Virus record (IMG/VR): IMGVR_UViG_3300034102_002694
Span: 1 to 61,727 of that record
Reading direction: 5' to 3' (one strand)
Length of the DNA stretch: 61,727 nt
From: a virus
Lineage: Duplodnaviria; Caudoviricetes
Under the pieces are notes generated by a model. That model was not told the origin of the DNA. It saw nothing but the letters and a program-made list of their open reading frames with translations, and searched no databases. The translations under genes were made by a program, and so were the position numbers. Numbering within the stretch: the first letter of the stretch is position 1; every line of letters begins with the position of its first letter. This document shows, one piece after another, positions 36,393 to 46,824 of this stretch.

Positions 36393-36917
36393 TTAAGATT
36401 TACTCCAGGCTTTGTGATTAGGGAAAGATTGACCTCTCATATCAACAAATTTTTCAGTGGGTAATAGTGCAACGGAGGGCCAATCTTTTTCTGGAATTCT
36501 TAAAAATCCTCCAGCGACTCCAGAAAAAAAGTAACGATGAATAGTATTACGAGGTATACCTACGGTATCTGACTTATTTATTAGGCTTTTTGCAAGGCCC
36601 TCCCTATATTGTCTTCCCACGTAATGTAGATTTATTCCAATAAAGTAGTTTTGATTATAATTAACCTCAGTAATATACGTGAGTGGTTGTCTATCAAAGA
36701 AACCAAGTTCTCTAGTACTTGCACCATAAATGAAGAAATACATTCTTCCGACTTCTATTCCACCAGTGTCCTGTAAGTTTATATCCGACTCTTGAAGTTC
36801 CCCCAATACCTGCCTAAGTCTGCCTGAATACCAATCTCCACTACGATTTTTCTTTCCGGCTTCTTTTATAATTTGATCACCAATTCCTTTTCCCTTTTCG
36901 TATGGAATGTCTCTCAT
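36393..36917 (-). CDS. gp2: DNA end protector gp2-like protein
   Basis: GRMYFF.Y.A......FD..PL, GINLHY, W.....LP.E.F; synteny next to gp4. Confidence 0.8.
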   Translation of the reverse strand: MRDIPYEKGKGIGDQIIKEAGKKNRSGDWYSGRLRQVLGELQESDINLQDTGGIEVGRMYFFIYGASTRELGFFDRQPLTYITEVNYNQNYFIGINLHYVGRQYREGLAKSLINKSDTVGIPRNTIHRYFFSGVAGGFLRIPEKDWPSVALLPTEKFVDMRGQSFPNHKAWSKS

Positions 36918-37357
36918 ATCCCCAGATCCTCCTCAGTCATGATTCGGAATTCATAATTACGATCTGCACAAAACTCTTTTGCGGCTTTCCACTTTGCCTG
37001 ATTTTTTACCCAGGTTTGGACTTTGTACGCCCATGCTTTTGTTCTTCTTTTAGGGTTTTGTTCTGGCATTTGCAATTCTTTCTTGGGTTTTATTTCAATC
37101 ACAACTGTTCGTGTATTTCCATTTTTATCTTTATATTTTACAAAGAAGTCCGGAAAGTAACGATGAACTTTGTTATCCAAAGGAGAAAGATAAGGAATCC
37201 AGAATTCCTCAGATTGCCATTGATTCACATTTTCATTTAAGTCACAATATCTCATGAACTTTCTTTCCCACAAAGAACGATAGACAATATTTGTGGGGTC
37301 ACCTTTATACTTTTTGGGGTTTTCTGGTCGGTATTTTCCCTTGTAACTCATATACAT
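36914..37357 (-). CDS. gp4: Head completion nuclease gp4
   Basis: YKGKY.P.NP.KYKGD, YRSLWE, HRYFPDF, EIKP, NQAKW.AA. Confidence 0.95.
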   Translation of the reverse strand: MYMSYKGKYRPENPKKYKGDPTNIVYRSLWERKFMRYCDLNENVNQWQSEEFWIPYLSPLDNKVHRYFPDFFVKYKDKNGNTRTVVIEIKPKKELQMPEQNPKRRTKAWAYKVQTWVKNQAKWKAAKEFCADRNYEFRIMTEEDLGI

Positions 37358-37384
37358 ACTATAGATCCTTAAGTAATATTTATA
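37351..37384. promoter_or_regulatory. Overlapping divergent late promoters
   Basis: Minus strand TATAAATA (37377-37384) for the gp4 operon; plus strand TATACATA (37351-37358) before gp54. Confidence 0.7.
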
Positions 37385-37385
37385 G

Positions 37386-38354
37386 ATGGCTGAACCATTT
37401 AGGCCAGATTTTCCTTCAAATGAGTATAGAATAGATCCAATCTATACAAGGATGACTCTGCCTAGAAATACTAATGATGGTCGTGCGGCTTTACCTGGAG
37501 TTAGTGAATTATTTGGTGAACTATCTGTTACAAGTCAATTTAAAGTTACTTTATTTCTTGGAGATACATATCCAATTACAAACTCAGATTCTGATATTAA
37601 TGCTTGGTTAGTTACCTGCGGAGTTTTGGGATCAAACTTATTCAATGGTAATACTTCGTATTTAAATTCTCTTCGTTATGAATTTATGTGCAATGAAACT
37701 GCTCTTCCAGGAGCATCATTTAGTATGTTCGAAGAAACTGGAAGCAGACAGGGGATTGTGGAAAGATTTCCAAATCGGAGAGATTTTCCAGAAGTCACAA
37801 TGACATTCTATGTTGATGCAGAATATGGTATTATTCGTCTATTTGAAGAATGGATGAATTTTATAAATCCACTTTATAATACAAAAGGTAAATTGAGTTC
37901 TGGAAATCCTAGAGGTGGAGTCGGACAATTTGATTCTGAACAATTCTTTAGATTTAGATATCCAAAAACATATAAGAGAGATTTAGCGATAACCAAATTT
38001 GAGAGAGACATTTATGTAGATCCAAATACCGCAAATGTTGAAAGAACCCCATCAATGTTGACATATAAATTTATCAATTCATTCCCAACTACTTTAACTG
38101 CACTTCCGGTCACTTATGAAGGTAGTACCATTACAAAAACCACTGTAAGTTTCAATTACGATCGTTATGTAATCCTAAATCATTTTGGAACTGGACAAAA
38201 TAATTATGAAAATCCATTTATAACTGATGGTGGAGAAAATATAAGTCTTACTACTCCATCTATTTCTTGGGGTAACGCTCCAGAATACTTTACAAATCCA
38301 ACATTTGGAGTTAACTCTGGAATTGATCTTTCCCCATCCTTTAAACCACTCTAA
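37386..38354 (+). CDS. Baseplate tail-tube initiator (gp54-like)
   Basis: C....LPG.S, R.F..V.MTFYVD..Y.....FE.WM.FI, YP..YK..L.I.KFE, F...FP.......V.Y. Confidence 0.75.
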   Translation: MAEPFRPDFPSNEYRIDPIYTRMTLPRNTNDGRAALPGVSELFGELSVTSQFKVTLFLGDTYPITNSDSDINAWLVTCGVLGSNLFNGNTSYLNSLRYEFMCNETALPGASFSMFEETGSRQGIVERFPNRRDFPEVTMTFYVDAEYGIIRLFEEWMNFINPLYNTKGKLSSGNPRGGVGQFDSEQFFRFRYPKTYKRDLAITKFERDIYVDPNTANVERTPSMLTYKFINSFPTTLTALPVTYEGSTITKTTVSFNYDRYVILNHFGTGQNNYENPFITDGGENISLTTPSISWGNAPEYFTNPTFGVNSGIDLSPSFKPL

Positions 38355-38380
38355 ATAAATTTAATTGATTACATAATTAT

Positions 38381-39109
38381 ATGCCATTACCTAAGATTGC
38401 TACACCAACTTATGAGCTTAAATTACCTTCCACAGGAAAACCTATAAAATATAGACCATTCCTAGTGAAAGAAGAAAAGGTTCTGATTTTAGCTTTAGAA
38501 AGTCAAGATATTAAACAAATTACCCTGGCTATTAAATCAGTCCTAAAAGATTGTATTCTGACGAAAGGAATTAAAGTAGAAGACCTACCATCTTTCGATA
38601 TTGAATATATTTTCTTGAATGTTCGAGGAAAGTCGGTAGGAGAATCTATAGATTTGGTCGTAACTTGTTCAGATGACGGAACAACTGAAGTTCCTGTTAA
38701 AGTTTTTGTAGATCAAGTTCAAGTCCAAAAAGATGATGAACACTCTACAGAAATAAAAATTGATAATGAAATCATGATTAAAATGAAGTATCCTTCACTA
38801 GATCAATTCATTAAAAACAATTTTGATTTCACAACTCAAGAATCTGTATCAACGATTGAAAAATCATTTGATATCATCTCTTCTTGCATTGAATCTATTT
38901 TTACTGCAGAAGAAGCTTGGGCTTCTGCAGATGTGACTAAAAAAGAGTTAATCGAGTTCATTGAAAGTATGAACGCAGATCAATTCAAAAAAATTGAAAA
39001 GTTCTTTGAGACAATGCCTAGACTGTCTCATACATTCACCGTCGTAAATCCAAATACCAAAGTAGAGAATACTGTAACTCTGGAGGGACTAACAAGTTTT
39101 TTCGGTTAA
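38381..39109 (+). CDS. gp26: Baseplate hub subunit gp26
   Basis: MPLPKI.TP.YEL.LPS, YRPFLVKEEK.L, FDIEY.FL..R.KSVGE, LEGL.SFF. Confidence 0.93.
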   Translation: MPLPKIATPTYELKLPSTGKPIKYRPFLVKEEKVLILALESQDIKQITLAIKSVLKDCILTKGIKVEDLPSFDIEYIFLNVRGKSVGESIDLVVTCSDDGTTEVPVKVFVDQVQVQKDDEHSTEIKIDNEIMIKMKYPSLDQFIKNNFDFTTQESVSTIEKSFDIISSCIESIFTAEEAWASADVTKKELIEFIESMNADQFKKIEKFFETMPRLSHTFTVVNPNTKVENTVTLEGLTSFFG

Positions 39110-39111
39110 TT

Positions 39112-39297
39112 ATGGCTCATATTGATCTTGAGTCATATTTTCGCATCAACTTCGCTCTCATGCAGTTCCATAAATACTCTTTGACAGAGATTGAAAACAT
39201 GATGCCTTGGGAAAGAGATATCTATCTCACCCTGTTGAAAATGCACATTGAAGAAGAAAACTTAAAGGCACAACAGGCAGCAAACCGTGGCAGTTAG
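39112..39297 (+). CDS. gp51: Baseplate hub assembly catalyst gp51
   Basis: NFALMQ.HKYSLTEIENM.PWERDIY..LL. Confidence 0.9.
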   Translation: MAHIDLESYFRINFALMQFHKYSLTEIENMMPWERDIYLTLLKMHIEEENLKAQQAANRGS

Positions 39298-41044
39298 TTC
39301 ACTACTCAATCCATCTAGAATTGTAAGAGAAAGACCAACGACGGCTGCAGCTGCTCAGAATTTTATCACTGGTGGATCTCCTTTAGGTCAAGGAGTTGTT
39401 GCTAGTGCTGCTAATAAAATTGTAGGATTTCAAAGAGGGGCTTCTGGAGTTGCAGCAAAACCACCAGATTTAAACTCTATCATTCAAACATTATCATCAA
39501 ATATTTTAACTAATGTTGAAAATAGAGTACAATCGGTAAATAAAAATGTAACTCAAATAGTCAATCAAAAAACTGATGGATTAGAAAAAAAATATCAAGA
39601 TAGATTAGATAAGATTGATGCTGCAAGACCAAATTCAATCTTACAAAATTTCTTAAATCTATACAAAGAAGCATTAGGATATATTCAGTTTTTAGGTAAT
39701 AGAAAAAATGTAAAAACTCTTGGTGATAACTTAAAAGCCCTTCAAAACGTTTTTACCGAAACTTTTAATATTGCCAAAATTATTCGTCAAACAATTGTAA
39801 GAATTGTAAAACAACTCTCAAATTTACCCACTGCAAATGCTGGTGGTGGAGGATTAAACTTAGATATTGATATCCCTGGAGGAAATCTTAGAAGAAGTCC
39901 TTTAGGTGGAATGTCTAGACTTCTTAGAGCCGGGAAACCAGCACTAATGTTAGGTGGTGCTGCATTAGCTGGTGGACTTGGATCAAAAGTTGTGAGTGGA
40001 ATGATGGATCTTGGTGGGGATGTTCAAACTGCACCAATGGCCGAGGGAACTATACCTGGTGCGTTATTAGATCGTTTTAATGCAATATTAGATAGATTTT
40101 CTACTGCAATTAATTCATTATCAAACGTTAAAAAATCCCAACCTTCTCCTGGAGGTGCTGCTCCTGTTCCACAAAAACCACCAGAAAAACCTCCTGGAAG
40201 TGGTGGGGGTCCAACACCACCACCAGCTGGCACAAAAGATCCCGGTGGAGCTACAGGTCCTGCAGGAGCTGCAACCAGATCTTTGTTAGATTCTATTGCT
40301 TTCGCTGAAGGAACCTATGATCAACCAAACAAAGGATACAACACACATTTTGGATTTAGTCAAACACAAGATCTCTCTAAACATCCAGATAAAGTAATTC
40401 GTAGTGGTGGGTATGCAAGTGCCGCATTTGGTCGTTATCAATTCATGCCTGATACTTGGCAAGGTGTTGGTGGTGGTAGAATGGATCCCGAAAGACAAGA
40501 TGCGGGTGCAGTTGAACTGACAATTAGGAGATTGAATAAAGCCGGAATAAAAGTAAAAAATGCAAATGAATTAGAATCTTTATTGCAGAAAGAAGGCATA
40601 AGTCCAAGAATAGCTGCCGCACTTGCTCCGGAGTGGGCTTCCTTCCCAACACTTGCGGGTGTAAGTGCATATGGTCAACCAGTCAAAAAATTACAAAGGA
40701 TACAAGAATTTTATACCAAGAGAATAAAATCGCAGGGAACTTCCACTGCGGCACCGGCACCACAAAAACCACCAACAGTTGCAGCAGCACAAACACAATC
40801 AACTACTCAACAACAACTTGCACAAACAGTATCACAACCACCAGTTCAACAACCACCTCAAGTTAATATAGCTCCTTTAAATCTCTCTACACCACAAGCA
40901 CAATCTACTAAAGTTGGAGATACTGTGGCCCCACCTCCAGTAATGAGTAAAGGTGGAGTTACGGTTCCATTTTTATCGTCATCAAATCACGATAATTTTC
41001 TTACATTATACTCTAAAATGGTTTATAACATTGTGGACGGATAA
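39287..41044 (+). CDS. Virion protein with lambda-type lysozyme (GH104-like) domain
   Basis: LLDSIAFAEGT...YN..FG, SAAFGRYQFMPDTW, QD, EWAS.P; helical N-term, Pro/Gln-rich linkers. Confidence 0.8.
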   Translation: MAVSSLLNPSRIVRERPTTAAAAQNFITGGSPLGQGVVASAANKIVGFQRGASGVAAKPPDLNSIIQTLSSNILTNVENRVQSVNKNVTQIVNQKTDGLEKKYQDRLDKIDAARPNSILQNFLNLYKEALGYIQFLGNRKNVKTLGDNLKALQNVFTETFNIAKIIRQTIVRIVKQLSNLPTANAGGGGLNLDIDIPGGNLRRSPLGGMSRLLRAGKPALMLGGAALAGGLGSKVVSGMMDLGGDVQTAPMAEGTIPGALLDRFNAILDRFSTAINSLSNVKKSQPSPGGAAPVPQKPPEKPPGSGGGPTPPPAGTKDPGGATGPAGAATRSLLDSIAFAEGTYDQPNKGYNTHFGFSQTQDLSKHPDKVIRSGGYASAAFGRYQFMPDTWQGVGGGRMDPERQDAGAVELTIRRLNKAGIKVKNANELESLLQKEGISPRIAAALAPEWASFPTLAGVSAYGQPVKKLQRIQEFYTKRIKSQGTSTAAPAPQKPPTVAAAQTQSTTQQQLAQTVSQPPVQQPPQVNIAPLNLSTPQAQSTKVGDTVAPPPVMSKGGVTVPFLSSSNHDNFLTLYSKMVYNIVDG

Positions 41045-41047
41045 CTT

Positions 41048-43027
41048 ATGGCACCTCCAAAGAAAGATACTCCACTAAAATCACCATTAGTATCTGCTTT
41101 TACTAATATTGTTAATATCGGTCGTTCTAAATCTCAAATGAGATCGACTCAAAGATCTTATAATGAATTTTTGAAATTCATGACGACTGAAGTAACAAAC
41201 CTCCAAGCAATTAAACTTCCAGAGGAAAAAAAGATAAAAAAATTAGCTAATATTAATGTATCTTCCACCTTTGGATCCGCTGGAAGTTTATTATCCGGTT
41301 TAGCTAGTGGGGCTTTAGATGCTGCGGGATTAGTTGGAGATCTTTTTGGTGGTCGTAAAGGTGGTAAAGGTGGTAAAGGTGGAACAAAACCAAAGCCAAA
41401 TCCAAAAGCAGGAAAACCGATACCAAAAGGAAAAAAACTTAGACTTCCAGGTATTAGGGGGTTACCAATCCTATCCGCAGCCTTAGCTGGTTTAGACTTT
41501 GCACAGGGAATTTCCGAAGGAGAATCTGCAGGTAAAGCGGGTGCAGGTGCTGTTGGATCTGCTGCTGGTGCAGCTGCTGGAGGTCTTGCTGGTGTAGCAT
41601 TAGCTGGAGCAATTGGACAAACTTTAGTTCCTATACCTGGACTTGGTTTTGTATTGGGAGCCGCAGTTGGTAGTTTAGGTGCATTTGGTGGTGGTTATTT
41701 AGCAGACAGAGCCTATGAAAAGGCAACTGGAGAAGGAAGTGTAAAAGAAAAGACAAAAGCAAAACTTAAACAACAAGAACAAAAACAAAAACTTGCAGCA
41801 TCAGCTAGTAAAGTTACCTTACCACAGGTATTGGATAAATTTGAAAATGTTGTTATTAAATTTGAAAAAGCTTCTCTTGGATCCATCCCCGAATCTGGAA
41901 ATAATTATACGCAAGAAGGATTTGGGGAAAAAAGTTTTGAGGGTGGAAAACCGACTCCTCCAGATGAACCAACACAACCATATGATGGACCAATTAGTAA
42001 AGACACTTTTTTTCCATTACCAAGAGGGATTATATCTAATCGTTCTGTTGGAGTTAAAGGTGGTGAATACGGAGCGCCAAGAAGTTATGGCGGACATAGT
42101 GGACAAGATATTGGAGGCCTTCCGCCAGGATCCCCTGTAGTCGCTTGGAAAACGGGAAAAGTTAGATATACTGGATCAGTTGAAGCAGGAGATACTATTA
42201 TAACTTTAGATCATGGTGGGGGTGAACAATCTGTATATAAACACGTTGTACCAACTGTCGCTCCAGGAACAGTTGTATACGGGGGTCAACAAGTTGCTAA
42301 ATTATTTGCTGCGAGAGCTTATCCAGAACACTTGCATTTTGAAATATGGAAAAATAAATCTCACGTAAATCCAAATGGCGCTATATCTGCTGCTCAAAAA
42401 ATTCCATCACCACTGACTGCAGAAAAAGCAAAAGAACAATCGGAAAAGTCGTCAGAAAAAAGTTCAATTGCCCCTGGTGTAAATCCACAATCTGTGCCAG
42501 GAACTCAACAAGCTGCAACTATAAGTCAAACTAAACTAATGCCTTCTGTTCCTAAACCAACTGTTCCTAGTGCAGATATGCAACAAAAGTTTCAGATGGC
42601 ATGGGATAATAGAAATAATCCCTTTGCAAGAGGGAGAATTGAATCTGCTTGGGATAAGATGACATCGGAACAACAACAACAATCAAAAACATGGGCTCAG
42701 TCAAAAGGATATAATTGGAATGAAATGAAGTTGAAAGAAAAACCCTCAACTATTCAAGCATCCCAATCAATGGTCGTTCCTGTTCCATCAATGCAACAGT
42801 CTGTTCCTGAACAAATACAACAATATCCAGATTATAATTTACCACAATCAAGTATAACTTTAATGCCTATCCTTATTGGTGGAGGTGGAGGGTCTCAACA
42901 GAGACCAATGGTTATTGCTGGAGGCGGAGGTGGTGGAGGGACAACAATTATGCCGCCAATTCCTGAAGGTCAGGTGTTAAATAGTTTATTTAAGACCATC
43001 TTGTTAACAAACTTGTCGGGAACGTAA
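41048..43027 (+). CDS. Virion protein with glycine-zipper region and M23 peptidase domain
   Basis: R....HSGQDIG, YKH, HLHFE; Gly/Ala-rich hydrophobic segment. Confidence 0.8.
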   Translation: MAPPKKDTPLKSPLVSAFTNIVNIGRSKSQMRSTQRSYNEFLKFMTTEVTNLQAIKLPEEKKIKKLANINVSSTFGSAGSLLSGLASGALDAAGLVGDLFGGRKGGKGGKGGTKPKPNPKAGKPIPKGKKLRLPGIRGLPILSAALAGLDFAQGISEGESAGKAGAGAVGSAAGAAAGGLAGVALAGAIGQTLVPIPGLGFVLGAAVGSLGAFGGGYLADRAYEKATGEGSVKEKTKAKLKQQEQKQKLAASASKVTLPQVLDKFENVVIKFEKASLGSIPESGNNYTQEGFGEKSFEGGKPTPPDEPTQPYDGPISKDTFFPLPRGIISNRSVGVKGGEYGAPRSYGGHSGQDIGGLPPGSPVVAWKTGKVRYTGSVEAGDTIITLDHGGGEQSVYKHVVPTVAPGTVVYGGQQVAKLFAARAYPEHLHFEIWKNKSHVNPNGAISAAQKIPSPLTAEKAKEQSEKSSEKSSIAPGVNPQSVPGTQQAATISQTKLMPSVPKPTVPSADMQQKFQMAWDNRNNPFARGRIESAWDKMTSEQQQQSKTWAQSKGYNWNEMKLKEKPSTIQASQSMVVPVPSMQQSVPEQIQQYPDYNLPQSSITLMPILIGGGGGSQQRPMVIAGGGGGGGTTIMPPIPEGQVLNSLFKTILLTNLSGT

Positions 43028-43028
43028 T

Positions 43029-44327
43029 ATGTCTAATGCATTAACTACATTAAAATACAATGCAGTAATAATTGAATCTTTAGAGACAAAAAATAAGATT
43101 GATTTAACTAATTCTATCGTATTCCTCGATTACTTTGAAGATATATTGTCTCCATGTGTCACTATGACGATTCAAGTTGCATCTACTTATTCAATATTCA
43201 ATGGTCTTCCGATTCGAGGTGGAGAAAAAGTTGCTATTGATATTGAAACTCTGAGTGGAACTTTTAACTTAGATGGTGATTATGCAATGTATGTTTATAA
43301 GGTAAGTGGAATTGTTTCTGATGGAGCTAAAGAATATTTTACTCTTCATTTGTGTTCTCGTGAAGCACTTACAAATGAAACTGCTAGGGTACAGAAAAAG
43401 TATGATAAAAAACCAATTAATGATCATGTAACTGCAATACTCAAAGATGTATTGAAAACAAAGAAATTTAAAAGTGGTAATATCGAAAAAACATCAAACT
43501 CTTACAGTTTTATTGGTACACTCAAAAAACCTTTTCATATTTTAACTTGGTTGGGTCCTAAGGGAGTGCCTGCAACATCATCATCAGGAAATAACGGAAC
43601 AACTGGAAAAGGAGTTGCTGGATTTTTGTTCTACGAAAATAAGGATGGGTTTCATTTTAGAAGTATTGATACTTTAGTTTCCGCAACAAAATCTCAAAGT
43701 GGAAGTACATCAAAAGAATCTATACCAAAATATAATTACAATCCTGGAGTAATAGAATCTGGAAATTTAAATAACAATTTCCAGATTCTAAATTATAATT
43801 TTGAAAAAAATATTGATTTAATGAAGTCTCTTAGAGTAGGTATGTACGCAAATATTACATATTTTTATGACCTATATCAAAATAAAATTAGTGGAATTAC
43901 TTATAGTTTAAACTCAGAACTTAAATCTAAACTTGGTGGTTCTAGGCCACCATACCCTAAAGATTTTGGTAATAGACCTTCTAGAATTCTTTTTAGATCT
44001 GCAGATGTTGGAATTTTAGATAAAACTGGCAAAATAGAAGATTCTGGCAGAGATAACACAGATATGGCTAAATCCTTTTCTCGTTATAATTTGTTGTTCA
44101 CTCAGTCACTAAATATGTCAGTACCAATGAACATCAATTTGAAAGCCGGAAACATAGTTTATGCACAATTTCAAAAAATTGATGCATCTCAATCCGCTGA
44201 AGTAGATTCTGAACAAAGTGGAAATTATTTAATTAAAGAAGTCCGACATCACTTTGAAGGTGGTCAGATGGTATCATCACTAAAACTCGTTAGAGACTCC
44301 TACGGATTATACGGAGCAAATCAATGA
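43029..44327 (+). CDS. Tail/baseplate hub protein (gp27-like)
   Basis: YFEDILSP, LPIRGGE, FLFYEN..GFHFRSID, SGNYLI..V.H, L.RDSYG; position before gp5. Confidence 0.6.
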   Translation: MSNALTTLKYNAVIIESLETKNKIDLTNSIVFLDYFEDILSPCVTMTIQVASTYSIFNGLPIRGGEKVAIDIETLSGTFNLDGDYAMYVYKVSGIVSDGAKEYFTLHLCSREALTNETARVQKKYDKKPINDHVTAILKDVLKTKKFKSGNIEKTSNSYSFIGTLKKPFHILTWLGPKGVPATSSSGNNGTTGKGVAGFLFYENKDGFHFRSIDTLVSATKSQSGSTSKESIPKYNYNPGVIESGNLNNNFQILNYNFEKNIDLMKSLRVGMYANITYFYDLYQNKISGITYSLNSELKSKLGGSRPPYPKDFGNRPSRILFRSADVGILDKTGKIEDSGRDNTDMAKSFSRYNLLFTQSLNMSVPMNINLKAGNIVYAQFQKIDASQSAEVDSEQSGNYLIKEVRHHFEGGQMVSSLKLVRDSYGLYGANQ

Positions 44328-44536
44328 ACAACATAGACGCACACATCGCAAAAGATAAAGAAATTCTTGACAATCCTGTTACTTCCCCACAAGCGAGAAG
44401 ACATACTCAAGAAGAACTAGAGGCTTTAGAGACATATAAAGCAAATCATCCAGATGATGATCACGACCCAACTCCACTAGAGTTGTACTGTGATAGCAAT
44501 CCAGGTGCTGCAGAATGTAAAATTTACGAAGACTGA
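44324..44536 (+). CDS. cp12: CP12 Calvin-cycle inhibitor
   Basis: EEL..L...HP....DPTPLELYCDSNPGAAECKIYED. Confidence 0.9.
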   Translation: MNNIDAHIAKDKEILDNPVTSPQARRHTQEELEALETYKANHPDDDHDPTPLELYCDSNPGAAECKIYED

Positions 44537-46821
44537 TGATAGACGAAGCTTTTATAAAATCGAATTTTTTAGGTAGAGACGGATTCGTTTGGTGGATCGG
44601 TCAAGTTGCCGATCCTAAAGTTTGGCGTAATGAAAAAACTCGTATTGATAAAGGCAAAGAAGCTTGGGGATATAGATGTAAAGTAAGAATTATTGGTTAC
44701 CATAGTTTCGATAGAAACGAATTAAAAGATGACGATTTGCCTTGGGCTCACGTCTTAACTAGTGCATCAGATGGTGCTCCGGGTCAAGGTGGTTTCGGTA
44801 AGTTGCCATTGCTTGTTGGTGGAGAATCTGTATTTGGATTCTTTTTGGATGGAGAAGAAGCTCAACAACCAGTTGTAATGTCATGCTTCCATAGAAGCCC
44901 AATGGTTGAAAATATTCCCAATCCTAATCCATTTGATCCATTTCCAGGAAGTTCCGGAAATTTGGCAAAAGGAGCACAAGCAACCAGAAATAAAGGCCAA
45001 GATGACGGAACTGCAAAAAGAGTTGATGAAAAACTTGGAACTGGATCTCAATTTGAAATGTTTGCAAATCCACAATTTGGTGCAGCAACAACAAAAAGTT
45101 TAGATTTAAGTCCAGGATTTGCTCCACTCACATCAGATACTAGTGCTAAAGCGGGTGCAATATTTGGAAATCCAAAAATTCCCACAGACCAGTTATTTTA
45201 TGACGAAAAAGCCGAAGTTGCATTTTTGTCGGAATTTGATAGATTGGGAAATGTTGAAACTGAAAATGGATGCGGAAATAATATTTTAAGTCAGATTACA
45301 AACGCTTTACAAAGTTTTATTAAAACTGTCAATGGACTTGAAAAAACTGCTTTGGGATTTATCGATCCAATTAGAAATGTTGTAGTGGATGTTCAACAAA
45401 CTGTTAGATCTACTGCTAGACTTATTGCATCTGTAATGAAATTTGTAATTAATGGGATGCGTGATAGTATCTTTTGTTTGGTTGGAAAATTATTCAAACT
45501 CCTCTCAATAACACTACCATCTTCAATTAAGTTACCTATCTCTGAAGCTGCTAAGAATATTTTAAATTTGATTTTTTGTCTATTTGAAAAATTATTTGGC
45601 CCCCTTATGGATTTTATTATGGGCCTCTTAAATGGACTAATAGGTAAAAGTGCTAATATACCTCTTTGTGCAATAGAAGAAATCACATCTTCTTTAATTA
45701 ACAAATTAGCAGATATGGCAGATAATGCACTATCTGCCATTTTAAGTGGATTGGATTGGTTAGCTAGTGGAATTAGTTCAATTGCTGGTGCTTTGACTGA
45801 TGGATTAAGTATGATCGGTAAGATTTTAAGTTTCTTAGATTGCGATTCTTTGGCTTGTAGAAGCACTACATCTTGGAATCCTTTCAGTGGTTCATCTTTC
45901 CCGAAATTAGACAGTTGGAATAATGTTTTAGGTAATATGGATATCCTAAGTGGACTTGGTGGAGCTAATCAAGCTTTGGGATATCTGTCAATGTTTGGAT
46001 CTTCAGATACTCCATTTAGTAAATGTAGAAAAAAAATTACAAATCCACGAACACAGGATGATCTTGCCCCAATGCCAATTGGAGTTAAATTTTATGATTG
46101 TATTCCACCAGAAGTTAGAATTTATGGTGATGGAGTTGGAGCAAGAGCAAAAGCAGTAGTATCTGAAAAAGATGGATCTATTGTAACTTTCTTATTATGC
46201 GATCCAGGTAGAGGATATACATATCCGCCAGAAATAAGAGTTGTAGATAACTCTAATTATGGAAAGGGAGCTCAAGCAAAAACTACTATTTCTAATGGTG
46301 GGATAGAGTCAATTTATATTTTGAATCCTGGAAGTGGATATTGTCAAACCAATTTGGGCGAAGAAACTGTCGGTGAAGGTGGTGCAGGCACTCCAAACTT
46401 ACCGCCGTGTCTAGATGTAGGACAAGGACAATTATCTCCAGCTGTTGTCGGAATTAACACTAATATAGTAATAGAATCTCCAGGAATAGGGTACACTTTT
46501 GGAGATACTATTCTGGTAGGAGAAAAAACTGTTTATAAACCAATTCTTACAGATAATGGTTCTATTATTGGAGTAGAATTACCAACTGGTCTTGCTCCAG
46601 GTGTTGGAACTGGAGTAACTACACCAACAGGAATAGTTGGAGGTGGAGGCACACAATTTGGAGAAACTTTTACAAACACCCCCACAGTTACCATAAATAC
46701 TACAACAGGAGAAGGTGCTGTTCTTTATCCAGTTATTCAGTTTGTACCGCAATTTATTGTTGACAACCCTGATCTGAATGTTGGTATTACTTCCATTGTA
46801 AACGTAGTAGATTGTGTGTAA
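44536..46821 (+). CDS. gp5: Baseplate hub/spike gp5-like protein
   Basis: GF.WWIGQV, RCKVRIIGYH, LPWA, GE.VFGFFLDG..AQQPV (gp5 OB-fold); no T4 lysozyme domain visible. Confidence 0.85.
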   Translation: MIDEAFIKSNFLGRDGFVWWIGQVADPKVWRNEKTRIDKGKEAWGYRCKVRIIGYHSFDRNELKDDDLPWAHVLTSASDGAPGQGGFGKLPLLVGGESVFGFFLDGEEAQQPVVMSCFHRSPMVENIPNPNPFDPFPGSSGNLAKGAQATRNKGQDDGTAKRVDEKLGTGSQFEMFANPQFGAATTKSLDLSPGFAPLTSDTSAKAGAIFGNPKIPTDQLFYDEKAEVAFLSEFDRLGNVETENGCGNNILSQITNALQSFIKTVNGLEKTALGFIDPIRNVVVDVQQTVRSTARLIASVMKFVINGMRDSIFCLVGKLFKLLSITLPSSIKLPISEAAKNILNLIFCLFEKLFGPLMDFIMGLLNGLIGKSANIPLCAIEEITSSLINKLADMADNALSAILSGLDWLASGISSIAGALTDGLSMIGKILSFLDCDSLACRSTTSWNPFSGSSFPKLDSWNNVLGNMDILSGLGGANQALGYLSMFGSSDTPFSKCRKKITNPRTQDDLAPMPIGVKFYDCIPPEVRIYGDGVGARAKAVVSEKDGSIVTFLLCDPGRGYTYPPEIRVVDNSNYGKGAQAKTTISNGGIESIYILNPGSGYCQTNLGEETVGEGGAGTPNLPPCLDVGQGQLSPAVVGINTNIVIESPGIGYTFGDTILVGEKTVYKPILTDNGSIIGVELPTGLAPGVGTGVTTPTGIVGGGGTQFGETFTNTPTVTINTTTGEGAVLYPVIQFVPQFIVDNPDLNVGITSIVNVVDCV

Positions 46822-46824
46822 ATC

